Position numbers and translations under genes: made by a program
Shown here: piece by piece, positions 7,596-16,760 of the stretch
Layout of the letters: every line of letters starts with the position of its first letter
Position numbering within the stretch: position 1 is the stretch's first letter
Notes under the pieces: generated by a model
What the model was told of the DNA's origin: nothing
The model's input: only the letters and a program-made list of their open reading frames with translations
The model's database searches: none
From: Myxococcota bacterium
GTDB taxonomy: Bacteria > Myxococcota_A > UBA796 > GCA-2862545
Direction: 5' to 3'
Length of the DNA: 36,716 nucleotides
NCBI GenBank assembly: GCA_039208735.1
Contig: JBCCQY010000088.1
Location: forward strand, 1 to 36,716

Positions 7596-9458
7596 ATGCC
7601 CCTGACACTGCGATGGTTTTGTTCGACGCTTCTTAGCCCCTTTTTTCTCGCGGCCTGTACCAACCCCCTGCTGCCGGGCGGGCCTCGGTTTTGTGGCGAT
7701 GGCATTGTTTTCAGTGAAGGCGAAGAGTGCGACCTCGGTACCGACAATGCAGACAACGCCTCGTGCACGTCGGCCTGCAAATTGGCCCGTTGCGGCGATG
7801 GACTGTTTCAAGACGGAGTGGAAGAGTGCGATCTCGGACCGCTCAACGCAGATGAGGGAGGCTGTACCTCCAGTTGCCGCCTGTCGTTCTGCGGTGACGG
7901 CTTCGTCGAGAAGGGCGTCGAGGAATGTGACCTCGGCCCCAACAACGCCAACGATGGAGCGTGCACCGACGATTGCAAGAATGCGACGTGCGGCGACGGC
8001 TTTGTCTGGAAGGGGGTTGAAGGGTGCGACCTTGGAATCAACAATGCCGCAGATGCCGAATGCACACCCGAGTGCACCGTCGCGATCTGCGGCGATGGAT
8101 TCCTTCGGCCAGGTGAAGAGTGCGACGACGGGAATCCGTTTGGAGCGGATGGCTGCGGACCTACGTGCCTGACGCCGCGCTCCCTCCAAGACGGTCATCG
8201 AGACAACCTGATCACTGGCGAGGCAGACGGTGACTTCCCGTTTGGCCTGACGAACCTAGGAGACCTAAATGGCGACGGCCTTGATGACCTCGGCATAGCC
8301 AGTGGCGGCCATGACCCTTATGGAGCAGCGTACATCCTCTTCGATGCTCTTGAAATTGGAAATCTCGGCGAAGCATCCATCAAAATTAGTGGCACCGAAT
8401 TCAAAAGCATCAACGGCATCTACCCAATCGGCGACGTGAATCAGGACGGCTCACCCGATATCGCCCTTTCGGGAACCTGGTCGTTTCAGCAAGGCGATAA
8501 GGCTGCGGTCTTCATCTTTCACAGTCCGATTCAAGCTTCGATGACTATTGAGGATGCTGTAGCCACTGGTACGGTAGCCGAATTCAACGATGTCGGGCGG
8601 CTACAAGTTCGACCGGTTGGGGACACGAATGGTGATGGGAGTGACGATTACTTGGTGATTGATAGCGATCTCGACACACCAGGGGACGGAAATGGAGTCG
8701 CCTACCTGATTCAGGATCACACACCTTTGTCGTCTGACCTCCTCGGAGACGCAGCCAGCTCATTTCTTGGTGGAGTAAGCGATGCGGACACTCTTGGGGA
8801 CGTCGATGGCGACGGATTGAATGATATCTATATTCGATCAGTCGTTTTCAGCGATTCAGGTTCGCACCATTCCATCCACGGCTTCACAGCACCATTCAGT
8901 AACGTCGAAACGACCGACCAAGCGGAAATGGACCTTGTCCCTCCGTCTGGATATCAAATCAACGACGCGCGCTCTGGACATGATATCGATGGCGATGGTT
9001 CGACCGACCTCGTCGTCGCGTTGGGCACCTTTCCAGGCCTATGGCGCGCCAGCCTCTTTTCTGGTCCACTTCTAGGAACCATCCCTTCCTCCGCCGCCGA
9101 CTTTGAGATTACCGGGGAGTTTGAAGGCTCACGGTACGTCGAAGACGTTTTCATGCTTGGTGACGTGAGTGGCGACGGGCATCATGACGTCGCATTCACA
9201 TCTGGTGATGACGGCTTTGACCTGAGTGCGCTGGGCAACCTCTACGTACTCTATGGACCTGTTAGCGGGACCTCCCAGGCCAGTCAGTCAGACGCGATTA
9301 TCCGCATCACTGGAATGGTCGACGTTGGAGAACTTGAGGTTGCAGCTGGGGACTTTGACGGCGACGGCCGAAACGACATCGCCATTGGCGATCGAGTCGC
9401 GAATCTAAGCACCCTCCGTGGCCAGATCTTCATCTACCTAGCCACGACCCTGGACTAG
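7596..9458 (+). CDS. Surface lipoprotein with DUF4215/Myxococcus Cys-rich repeats and an FG-GAP (integrin-alpha-like) beta-propeller
   Basis: ATG 7596 (GGAG SD), FLAAC lipobox, five CGDG...ExCDxG...CxxxC repeats and seven (G/H)DxxxDGxxD motifs. Confidence 0.88.
   Translation: MPLTLRWFCSTLLSPFFLAACTNPLLPGGPRFCGDGIVFSEGEECDLGTDNADNASCTSACKLARCGDGLFQDGVEECDLGPLNADEGGCTSSCRLSFCGDGFVEKGVEECDLGPNNANDGACTDDCKNATCGDGFVWKGVEGCDLGINNAADAECTPECTVAICGDGFLRPGEECDDGNPFGADGCGPTCLTPRSLQDGHRDNLITGEADGDFPFGLTNLGDLNGDGLDDLGIASGGHDPYGAAYILFDALEIGNLGEASIKISGTEFKSINGIYPIGDVNQDGSPDIALSGTWSFQQGDKAAVFIFHSPIQASMTIEDAVATGTVAEFNDVGRLQVRPVGDTNGDGSDDYLVIDSDLDTPGDGNGVAYLIQDHTPLSSDLLGDAASSFLGGVSDADTLGDVDGDGLNDIYIRSVVFSDSGSHHSIHGFTAPFSNVETTDQAEMDLVPPSGYQINDARSGHDIDGDGSTDLVVALGTFPGLWRASLFSGPLLGTIPSSAADFEITGEFEGSRYVEDVFMLGDVSGDGHHDVAFTSGDDGFDLSALGNLYVLYGPVSGTSQASQSDAIIRITGMVDVGELEVAAGDFDGDGRNDIAIGDRVANLSTLRGQIFIYLATTLD
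7689..8168 (+). repeat. Five tandem ~33-aa (~99-bp) Cys-rich coding repeats
   Basis: Repeated TGYGGYGAYGG (CGDG) and TGYGAC-like (CD) units at about 99-bp period. Confidence 0.85.
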
Positions 9459-9480
9459 GGCGTCGGGCGATATGCCAGAA

Positions 9481-10713
9481 CTAGTCGCCCGCGTAACCTG
9501 CAAAGTTGGGGAGGATGGTCTCACCTGCTAGGTCCTCGCCCCAACACAGCAATTCCCCATCTTCGTTCTTGATGGCACAAGCATGACGACGTCCCAATCC
9601 GACTCGGGAGACGCTGATATCAGGCCCAGGCTGACCTGAAAGCTGCGGATTCGATGCGACAGGGTTGCCCTCCGAACCCCAACACGAAAGCTCCGTAGCC
9701 TCGATGATCCCGCAGCTCCAGTCGCCATAGGAGTCCATTTGGGAATAAGGTCCTTGGTCATCGAGTGGATTGAGTTCCTGTAATCCGCCATCTAGGTCAT
9801 CGCTGTAGCACCTCATGCGCTGGTCAGGCGGATAGATGCCACAAATGAACCCGTTGCCACCTGAGATAGAGATCCACTCCTCGTTGTCATACTTTCTGGC
9901 GGCCATGGTCTGAATCGTTGCCGGAGGCTCAGTACCGCGACAATCGACAGACCCTCCATTGAGAAGCGCGAAGCAAGTGTAGTTGTCGCCAAGCGCAAGC
10001 TCACGAACGGGGGTGGCGAACCCGCCGAGACCGCTGATCGCATTGTCGTCCCCCCAACACTGGACCTGATTCGTCGCAGAGCTGACGAGGCACACATGGC
10101 GGATTCCAGCCGCAATTTGAAGTGCACTTACCTTTGTGACAGGGGGCGTGTCGCTAACGACCTGATCTTCATCGTTGCCCCAGCATCGCACCTCACCCGA
10201 GTACTCGAGCGCACACGCAAACTCTTCGCCACAGTCGATCTGCGTCCAGCGACCCTCGAGTGGGCGATTTGAAACGACACCGTCCTGGTCGGTGCCCCAG
10301 CAATGGATGTCGCCGACCGTGCTTACGCCGCAGCTGAAGTTCCGCCCGCCGCAGACGTCAGCGAAATCGAACTGGTCGACGAGGTCGCAGTTTTGGTCGA
10401 TGCCGTCCCACCCGATTTCTTCGGTCATGCTGCTAATTTCGGGGTTGGCATCATCGCAGTCGCCGCCCCCAGATCCCTGCGAGGGGTCGCGGTCGCCGTC
10501 TGCGTCGACGCCATCCGACTGGTCACAGTTCTGATCGATGTCGTCGCCAACGATGTCATCCGCACCCGGGAAGATCGTGGGATCCTGATCGTTACAGTCG
10601 CCTTCGGCGCTCGAGACCCCATCGTTGTCTTCGTCGCTTCGGTCGACGCGATCTTGAGATTCATCACCCGAACATCCGACGAGCGCGAGCCCGGCCAAGA
10701 CGAGCAGCCTCAT
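9481..10713 (-). CDS. Lipoprotein with two putative metal-binding (MopE-like) motifs and an RCC1-like beta-propeller
   Basis: MRLLVLAGLALVGC lipobox. DCNDQDPTIFPGA...DIDQNCD and DCDDANPEI...GIDQNCD motifs, then seven GxxxxC...CWG-type blades. Confidence 0.88.
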   Translation of the reverse strand: MRLLVLAGLALVGCSGDESQDRVDRSDEDNDGVSSAEGDCNDQDPTIFPGADDIVGDDIDQNCDQSDGVDADGDRDPSQGSGGGDCDDANPEISSMTEEIGWDGIDQNCDLVDQFDFADVCGGRNFSCGVSTVGDIHCWGTDQDGVVSNRPLEGRWTQIDCGEEFACALEYSGEVRCWGNDEDQVVSDTPPVTKVSALQIAAGIRHVCLVSSATNQVQCWGDDNAISGLGGFATPVRELALGDNYTCFALLNGGSVDCRGTEPPATIQTMAARKYDNEEWISISGGNGFICGIYPPDQRMRCYSDDLDGGLQELNPLDDQGPYSQMDSYGDWSCGIIEATELSCWGSEGNPVASNPQLSGQPGPDISVSRVGLGRRHACAIKNEDGELLCWGEDLAGETILPNFAGYAGD

Positions 10714-10776
10714 GCTCCCTCCATTTCGCAGCCGACAGCCTACCCGACAGCGTCAGGGATGGCCATCGCGATGCTC

Positions 10777-11412
10777 TCAAAGCTGGGTGGTGCCGGCGGG
10801 ACGGTCGACGTAAGGTTCGACCCCCTGCTCGCGCATCGCGCGGTCGAAGGCCGCAGCAGAGTGACTGGCGATCCATTCGGCCTCGCGCGACGTCACGGGA
10901 ACCACCCACGCAATAGGCGCGCCGAGAATCCGCACGTACTCGGCCTCCTCGCGCAACACCGAACCCTGGTCCAACACCACCGCATGGGTATGGCTCGACC
11001 GACCAAGCAACCCCTCTGGCAGCGCGACCACATCCCCGACGGCCGCCCGCGCCTCCCACGCCACGGCGACAAGCTCGGCAAAGCGATGATCTGCCCCAGG
11101 CTGTGCGTCGGCTAGCGAAACCGCCCCATACTCCTGCGCCACCGCGGACGACGCCCCAATGGTCAAGGTGATGGCAAACGGTCGGCCCGAGACCTTGGGG
11201 TAGTGCACCACCGACACCGCTGGTGGAGGGTCTGCCGCCTCCACGCCGTCTTGGGTCCCAGCCGGCGGCGAGGCGGCAACCCGCGAAGACGGCAACGCAA
11301 CCGGCTCGACCGAGAGCACCCGACCCAGCATGCGGGCGAGCGCGTCCTGCTTTTCCGCTGGATCACTGGCGAGGAGGTGTCGAATGGAGTCAAAGAGAAA
11401 GCCCACGGGCAT
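10777..11412 (-). CDS. Hypothetical protein resembling the suppressor-of-fused (SUFU) domain
   Basis: VVHYP...ITLTIGAS, GDVVALP and WVVPVTSREAEW...DR resemble the bacterial SUFU pattern (TxGxS, vPit..E, D..R). By-eye similarity only. Confidence 0.55.
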   Translation of the reverse strand: MPVGFLFDSIRHLLASDPAEKQDALARMLGRVLSVEPVALPSSRVAASPPAGTQDGVEAADPPPAVSVVHYPKVSGRPFAITLTIGASSAVAQEYGAVSLADAQPGADHRFAELVAVAWEARAAVGDVVALPEGLLGRSSHTHAVVLDQGSVLREEAEYVRILGAPIAWVVPVTSREAEWIASHSAAAFDRAMREQGVEPYVDRPAGTTQL

Positions 11413-11503
11413 GTCCAGACGAAACTGAGTGTCTAGGGATTGTACATTGTGCGCACGCGCCCGGCGCCACTCATCACGGCGCCCGCCCTACCTGGAGCCG
11501 ACC

Positions 11504-12367
11504 TTGACCCCAATGATGCTGCTGTTCGCCCTTGGCACGAGCCCCGACGCGCTGGCGTCTCGAGGCCCCGTGCTGTCGAACGACTGCCCGCCGGGCGGCT
11601 GCCTGATCGACGCCCCCATCGGGAAAGTCTCGATCAAGATGCGCCATCCGGAAGGCGACCGGGTCCTCGATAAGGCACTCAACGACCCAAATTTCTGGAA
11701 GGAAGCATCCTCTACGAAGTACGACAAGGAGGGCTACGACGAAATCCGCCTGCTGGGCACGGACACGGGCTACGTCCCGATGATTACGGGCCAAGGCAAC
11801 GAAGACTTCCCCAACGAGATCGTGGCCGACATCGTCTACAAGCGAAACACCGACCTTCCGAAGTTCATGAGCGGCGCCGAAGCCGTGGTGAACCTAGGCG
11901 CCGGCTACGATTCGGTCACCGGCGCAGAATACCGCGACACCTTCTACGTTCTCGACTTCACGTTGTTCTACGGGTTCTTCCCCCAGCGGATGTACCGAAA
12001 GTACGACGAGAACCGCAAGATGTGGATCATGTGGTTCGAGAAGCTCGACAGCAGCTTCGTCGACGGCGGAACCTGGCTCTCCTACCAACAGAAAATGACC
12101 AAGACAAAGGAGAACATCAAACGACGCTGGCTGTTCAACAGCTACACCGAAGTTTCGGACGTCTACGGAATGTTCGTGGTTGCACCTGGCGAAAACCACA
12201 CTTCACGGGTCACCTTCGTCAGCAAGGTGACCTTCGACAAGGGCGCCGGCTTCATCGCTCGCGCCGGCAGCCAGATGCCAAGCGTGATCAGGTCTGGACT
12301 CAAGGCAGGCTTCGATGGCTGCGTGGCCATTGCGCGTGACGAGAAGAAGCGCCGTAGCGGTCAGTAG
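11504..12367 (+). CDS. Secreted hypothetical protein, possibly START/SRPBCC-like
   Basis: TTG 11504 (GGAG SD; ATG 11513 is an alternative), signal peptide ending ALA, strong GC3 bias. C-terminal SRVTFVSKVTF...helix is reminiscent of helix-grip folds (weak). Confidence 0.7.
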   Translation: MTPMMLLFALGTSPDALASRGPVLSNDCPPGGCLIDAPIGKVSIKMRHPEGDRVLDKALNDPNFWKEASSTKYDKEGYDEIRLLGTDTGYVPMITGQGNEDFPNEIVADIVYKRNTDLPKFMSGAEAVVNLGAGYDSVTGAEYRDTFYVLDFTLFYGFFPQRMYRKYDENRKMWIMWFEKLDSSFVDGGTWLSYQQKMTKTKENIKRRWLFNSYTEVSDVYGMFVVAPGENHTSRVTFVSKVTFDKGAGFIARAGSQMPSVIRSGLKAGFDGCVAIARDEKKRRSGQ

Positions 12368-14547
12368 AAGAAGAGCGGTCCGTAAGCCACAATGAGCAAC
12401 GCGGTGCCCATGATGCCCATGGGCACAAGCAGATGCTCGTTGGCCTCCCAGAACGAGTCCTTCGGATCGACGTGTTCGACCTCGCTCTCAGGCCCAATCA
12501 CCTGCCGCGCAAGGAGGTGGTTGAGCGAGACGGGCGGGGTCAGGTAGCCAAGCTCGAAGCCGACCAACACGACCATCCAGAAGTGAACAGGGTCGATGCC
12601 GTTGGCATCGGCGACGTTCGCAATCGTGACCGACACGAGCACGACCGCACCGAGCGCGTCCATGGTCATGCCAACAAGCACCATGACGACAACCAACACG
12701 GTCATGGTGATGAACAAGCTGCCGAACGATTCGGGCACCAGTGCCATGACCTCAGCACGCTCAATGACGCCTCCGAGTCCCACGCTTCCCGCCATGACCA
12801 TCAGCAAGGCGCCAACATGGTGGGAGGACTCGCTCGTGGAGCTGCGTAGCGCAGGCCATACGGTTTCGCGGGCCTTGACCTGCCAGCCACCGGCGGGAGC
12901 GTGGGCAAACCGGTCATACAGCAGCAAGCCAAGCAAGACGGCGGGAAGGATGGTGGGTGCGGTGTGCTCGTTCACCGACATCTTGAAGAACACGAAGTAG
13001 CCAAGCCCAATCGCAATCATCAGGCCGAGGTAGGGCAGGAGGGGCCGAAACGCAGCGCCGGCCTCGGGAATGGCCCGCCCCAAGTTGGGCATCTCGAAGC
13101 GCTCCTTGCTCCACCACGCAAACGCGATGAACGAGAGCACAGCGGTAAGCGCGAACACGTAGATGCCCCAACCAAACAGCTCGTCGGTGGTCACCTTGTT
13201 GTTCAACACCGCAATGAGCACCACGACCAGGCACGGTCGAAGCACAACCCCCAACGAACCTGACATTGCGGTCGCGGCGAGGGCAAGCCGAGGCGAGGCT
13301 CCCACCGCACGCAAGCGCTCGAAGATGACCGCGCCTGCCGCGATGACGAAGATGCCCGAGGCCCCCGAGTAGGCCGTGGGAATGGCGGCCAGCACCACGA
13401 CCAGCCACGCAAGAATCGCCGGGGGAAGATGGAACGGGGCGAACACATCGAAGACCAGGGTGGCGAGACGTGTCCGGGACAACATCATGCCGGCCCAGAT
13501 GTACAAGCCAATCCCGAGGTAGATATTCGGGATCTGCGTAAACTTGTGCAAGAAGACGGCCTGGCCGCTGTAGTGCCCTTCAACCAAAACGAAGTAGAGC
13601 CCCCCAATAACCGCCATGTAGACGTAAAGCGGCACAACCATGAGCAGACGCACGAACTCGGTTGAACCCTCCCCAAGGTCGGTCGGCGTGCGCACCAGTT
13701 GCACCACGTTCACCAGGGCCAAGGCCAAAAAGCCAAGCGCCCACATCACCGACAGTTCAGGGTTCTGGTTCTCCGCCGCGCTGGCGATCTGGATTTGGTA
13801 GTCCGCAACGCAACTACCAAACCAGAAGAGGTGCGCGATGAGTTGCCCCCCTTGGGCCACCCGGTGCTCGGTCAGGTTCTCCGGATTGCGAAGAGCGATG
13901 TGCATCCGATGAGCCGTCGTCGACAACGCACCGAGCAACACCACCAACACGAGGAGGTGCTTGGCGAACGGAAAGAGCGCAAAGTCGCTTGCTGCAAGTT
14001 CAAAGGTGCGGAACGCCCGGAGCGATGGCGTGATGCGCTCGACGGTCGCGGCGTAGGTCGTGTGTCGCTCCTCACAGAGCTGGACGAAGTTGCGCTGCGC
14101 CGCGCAGTTGACGGTTGTGGCCGCCGGTGCCTCGTCGGCGAACGGATCTTCGTCGGCGAAGGGATCTGCTTCGTCCGCGGCGGGCGCAGGGTCGGCGAAC
14201 GGGTCCTCGCCTTCGAACGGGTCATCGTTCGCCGGTGACGGGGCGGGATCGGCAAATGGATCTTCGCCATCAAACGGATCTTCACCTTCGGCCGGGGCAA
14301 GGGCCGCACCGCCCTCCGGACACTCGGCAAGCTTGGCGCGTTCAGCCTCGAGGTCACATTCGGGAGCGACGGGATCCTGGCGAAGCTCAGCTGCGTATCC
14401 AGGCCAAATCGCTTCCCCGATCTCCACGAAGCGGGTGTCGAGGTTGGGCGCAATGCCAACCCCCAGGGCCACAAGCAGCGACAACAGGATGAATCCCGTC
14501 GCGATGGGATTGACGAAGCGCAGGGGCTCCTGGACCTGGTGGGACAC
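12361..14547 (-). CDS. TRAP transporter fused permease (DctQ-DctM type)
   Basis: Many TM segments, AYSGASG, AMSGSLGVVLRPC, VGMTMDALGA, GIDPVHF, ELGYLTPPVSLN (DctM signature). Start uncertain; GTG 14547 with GAGG SD chosen. Confidence 0.9.
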   Translation of the reverse strand: MSHQVQEPLRFVNPIATGFILLSLLVALGVGIAPNLDTRFVEIGEAIWPGYAAELRQDPVAPECDLEAERAKLAECPEGGAALAPAEGEDPFDGEDPFADPAPSPANDDPFEGEDPFADPAPAADEADPFADEDPFADEAPAATTVNCAAQRNFVQLCEERHTTYAATVERITPSLRAFRTFELAASDFALFPFAKHLLVLVVLLGALSTTAHRMHIALRNPENLTEHRVAQGGQLIAHLFWFGSCVADYQIQIASAAENQNPELSVMWALGFLALALVNVVQLVRTPTDLGEGSTEFVRLLMVVPLYVYMAVIGGLYFVLVEGHYSGQAVFLHKFTQIPNIYLGIGLYIWAGMMLSRTRLATLVFDVFAPFHLPPAILAWLVVVLAAIPTAYSGASGIFVIAAGAVIFERLRAVGASPRLALAATAMSGSLGVVLRPCLVVVLIAVLNNKVTTDELFGWGIYVFALTAVLSFIAFAWWSKERFEMPNLGRAIPEAGAAFRPLLPYLGLMIAIGLGYFVFFKMSVNEHTAPTILPAVLLGLLLYDRFAHAPAGGWQVKARETVWPALRSSTSESSHHVGALLMVMAGSVGLGGVIERAEVMALVPESFGSLFITMTVLVVVMVLVGMTMDALGAVVLVSVTIANVADANGIDPVHFWMVVLVGFELGYLTPPVSLNHLLARQVIGPESEVEHVDPKDSFWEANEHLLVPMGIMGTALLIVAYGPLFFY
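14131..14290 (-). repeat. Acidic DPF coding repeats (6 copies) in the permease loop
   Basis: GEDPFDGEDPFADPAPSPANDDPFEGEDPFADPAPAADEADPFADEDPFADE. Confidence 0.85.
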
Positions 14548-14617
14548 GAACGGCCTCGGGGTGTGGGGGACTTGCGTTATCGGCTGCGCGACGCAACGCC
14601 AACGCTCGCCACCCGTT

Positions 14618-15640
14618 CTACTCCTTCTTCTCGACGCATTCGGCCCGGCTTGCGTCGGCCGCACAACGCAGGCGCAACATGACCTTCAGCATGGACCCGT
14701 CGTAGGCCTTCACCTCGTCGCGAAGCTTGAGCCGAACTTCCTGGAAGAGGTTGGCCCAGCCTTGCGCCCGATCCTTGGGCACATCGATCCAGAACTGGCT
14801 GGGGATCTTGGACTCGGCATTCTTGACAAAGGCCAGCGCCTCGTCGAACCGCTTGGCCAAATCCCCGCGGGACTTGCGGATGAACTCGGCATCAAAGCGG
14901 TTTTCGCGCAGCATCACCTGCAGCGTGGCCTGGGCGAGTGGCGAACGCACGATGCCCCCCTTCGTACCGATGCCACGCTGAAGCTCAAAGGGGCGGAACG
15001 CCGGAGCGGAGACATAGCATGCATCAACGTCACCATTGTTGAACTTGGGCCCGAGGCTCCCCAAGTCCGAGGCCACCGCGATCGCGCCAACCCGCTCGAC
15101 CATCACCAGACTCGGCTTGTCGTAGGCCAAGGTCGCGATGCGCTTGCCCGCGAGTTCTTTGACGGTGTCGATGTTGCGGTCACGCACGAAGAGGTAGACC
15201 GCACCTGCAGGAATGAAGCCCACGGTGGCGTTGCCGTTGGCGGACAGCTTACGCGCCGCGGCGTCGGACCCCGTGAGCGTCCGCACCATCTGCTTGAGCA
15301 TCGGGTAGGTGGTCAACCCTCCGATGGCTTCAATGGTAGAGGGGAAGCGGTTGAACCGCTGCAAACGGGTGCCCGTGGCGGTCACGCCATCGCATTGGCC
15401 CGCTTCGTAGTCCTTGGCGGCGGTCTCTTCATCGGTGTAAGGCCGCAACTCGAGGTCGTAGCCCCATGCCGACGCCTGGGTCGCATACTTCTTTACGATG
15501 GCGAAGAAGTCTCCGGAACGACCGGCCGGGTCATAGACGCACACGGTGCGCGACTCGGCGGCCTGGGCGACCGGGGCCCAGAGCGCGGCCACCGAGATGG
15601 TGAGCATCGCCAGCAGGGTTTGAAGTCTCATGGATTTCAC
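14618..15640 (-). CDS. TRAP solute-binding protein (DctP-like; resembles DUF6091/AdeT family)
   Basis: Signal peptide ending AQA. VCVYDPAGRSGD, YTDEETA, AGQCDG, PAGAVYLF, LAGKRIA, FNNGDVD. Lies directly upstream of the permease; its start overlaps the upstream stop. Confidence 0.85.
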   Translation of the reverse strand: MKSMRLQTLLAMLTISVAALWAPVAQAAESRTVCVYDPAGRSGDFFAIVKKYATQASAWGYDLELRPYTDEETAAKDYEAGQCDGVTATGTRLQRFNRFPSTIEAIGGLTTYPMLKQMVRTLTGSDAAARKLSANGNATVGFIPAGAVYLFVRDRNIDTVKELAGKRIATLAYDKPSLVMVERVGAIAVASDLGSLGPKFNNGDVDACYVSAPAFRPFELQRGIGTKGGIVRSPLAQATLQVMLRENRFDAEFIRKSRGDLAKRFDEALAFVKNAESKIPSQFWIDVPKDRAQGWANLFQEVRLKLRDEVKAYDGSMLKVMLRLRCAADASRAECVEKKE

Positions 15641-16674
15641 TCCGCGTCGGAATCATCGACGTTGTTTCCAGCAAACGGGTCGGCGCCATCCCCAAAGGGA
15701 TCCGCCCCTTCGAAGGGGTCAGGCGCCGATGCTTCGTCGTCCGATGGCAGGACACCCAAACGTTCCGTTCGATGCCCTTTGGCCTTCATCCAGAGGAGGT
15801 CGGACTGGTGGCGAACCAAGGTTTCTGCGTACTCATCGAGCAACACCCAATCCGGATCGGCGGTGAGCGTCTCGCCTGCTTCGACGAACTTCCGGATGCC
15901 CGCCTCCACGATGTCCTCTCGGCCCGCGTTGGACGCAAGGAGCACCTGAATGGCCCGTGCCACACGGACGCCGCTCGTGTCGTTGTCGGCGGCCTCGGCC
16001 ATCATCTGCCATGGGTCGACATCTTCAGGCTCGGAGCCCGGAATGGTGGCCCAGGAGGCGCCCCGCAGCCCTTTCGCCATGCCCCACCACGCCGTGTCAT
16101 CCAGGCACAAGGTGGCCCGCGCGATCTCTTGCGGCCGATCGAGCGGTACGCCGACCGCCCCCCCCGACGCTCGATCGTGGAAGAGGGCCAACACGCCGGT
16201 GATGAGCCCGAACTGGTACACGAAATGGTGCCGGTCGGGAACGTCCTGGCAGGTGTCCTCGCCGGTGGGGCCAAACTCCTCGACCATGCTCCGGTAAGAC
16301 CGCTCAAAGCGTTCGGCGGCCAACGCGTGTTGCCGCTGAGCCCGGATCTGGGCGTCGATGATCTCGGAGGTCCGGGCCTCTCCAAAGGCCCCGTAGTTGA
16401 CCCGCGCTTTTTCGGCTTCGAGTTCGAAATCCCACGCCGCGATCTCGGCACACATCGCCCCCACCCCTTCGGCGATGACGAGTGCCCGATGAGGGGCTTT
16501 CTTTGGCAAACTGGCCATCGGCAACGTCAGGCTGCGGCCCATCCCGCACACCGCATCGATGTCGCGGCCGTCAGTGGCCTCGTCAACGAGTTGGTTGATG
16601 GTGAATCGATTGACGGCGCCCCGACATGCGGTCGAGGCGAGCAGGAGCCCGAGCAGCCAGGTGATCCGAGCGAT
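15637..16674 (-). CDS. Helical lipoprotein, probable TatT-like accessory component of the TRAP transporter
   Basis: (M)ARITWLLGLLLASTAC lipobox, helical body, acidic DPF tail, first gene of the TRAP operon. The best SD (GGAGG) precedes an ATC codon at 16674. The upstream ORF-track extension is a shadow of the divergent gene. Confidence 0.7.
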   Translation of the reverse strand: MARITWLLGLLLASTACRGAVNRFTINQLVDEATDGRDIDAVCGMGRSLTLPMASLPKKAPHRALVIAEGVGAMCAEIAAWDFELEAEKARVNYGAFGEARTSEIIDAQIRAQRQHALAAERFERSYRSMVEEFGPTGEDTCQDVPDRHHFVYQFGLITGVLALFHDRASGGAVGVPLDRPQEIARATLCLDDTAWWGMAKGLRGASWATIPGSEPEDVDPWQMMAEAADNDTSGVRVARAIQVLLASNAGREDIVEAGIRKFVEAGETLTADPDWVLLDEYAETLVRHQSDLLWMKAKGHRTERLGVLPSDDEASAPDPFEGADPFGDGADPFAGNNVDDSDAE

Positions 16675-16760
16675 GGCGCACCTCCAAGTTGGCCCCCACC
16701 GTAACCCCCGAGCAGTCCGACACGGCCACGCGTTAGTCCTTGCGCGCCAGGGGGAATTCG

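Noticed and set aside
14131..14290. DNA repeats as a CRISPR array or mobile repeat
   Set aside because: Degenerate in-frame coding repeats with no unique spacers and no cas genes.
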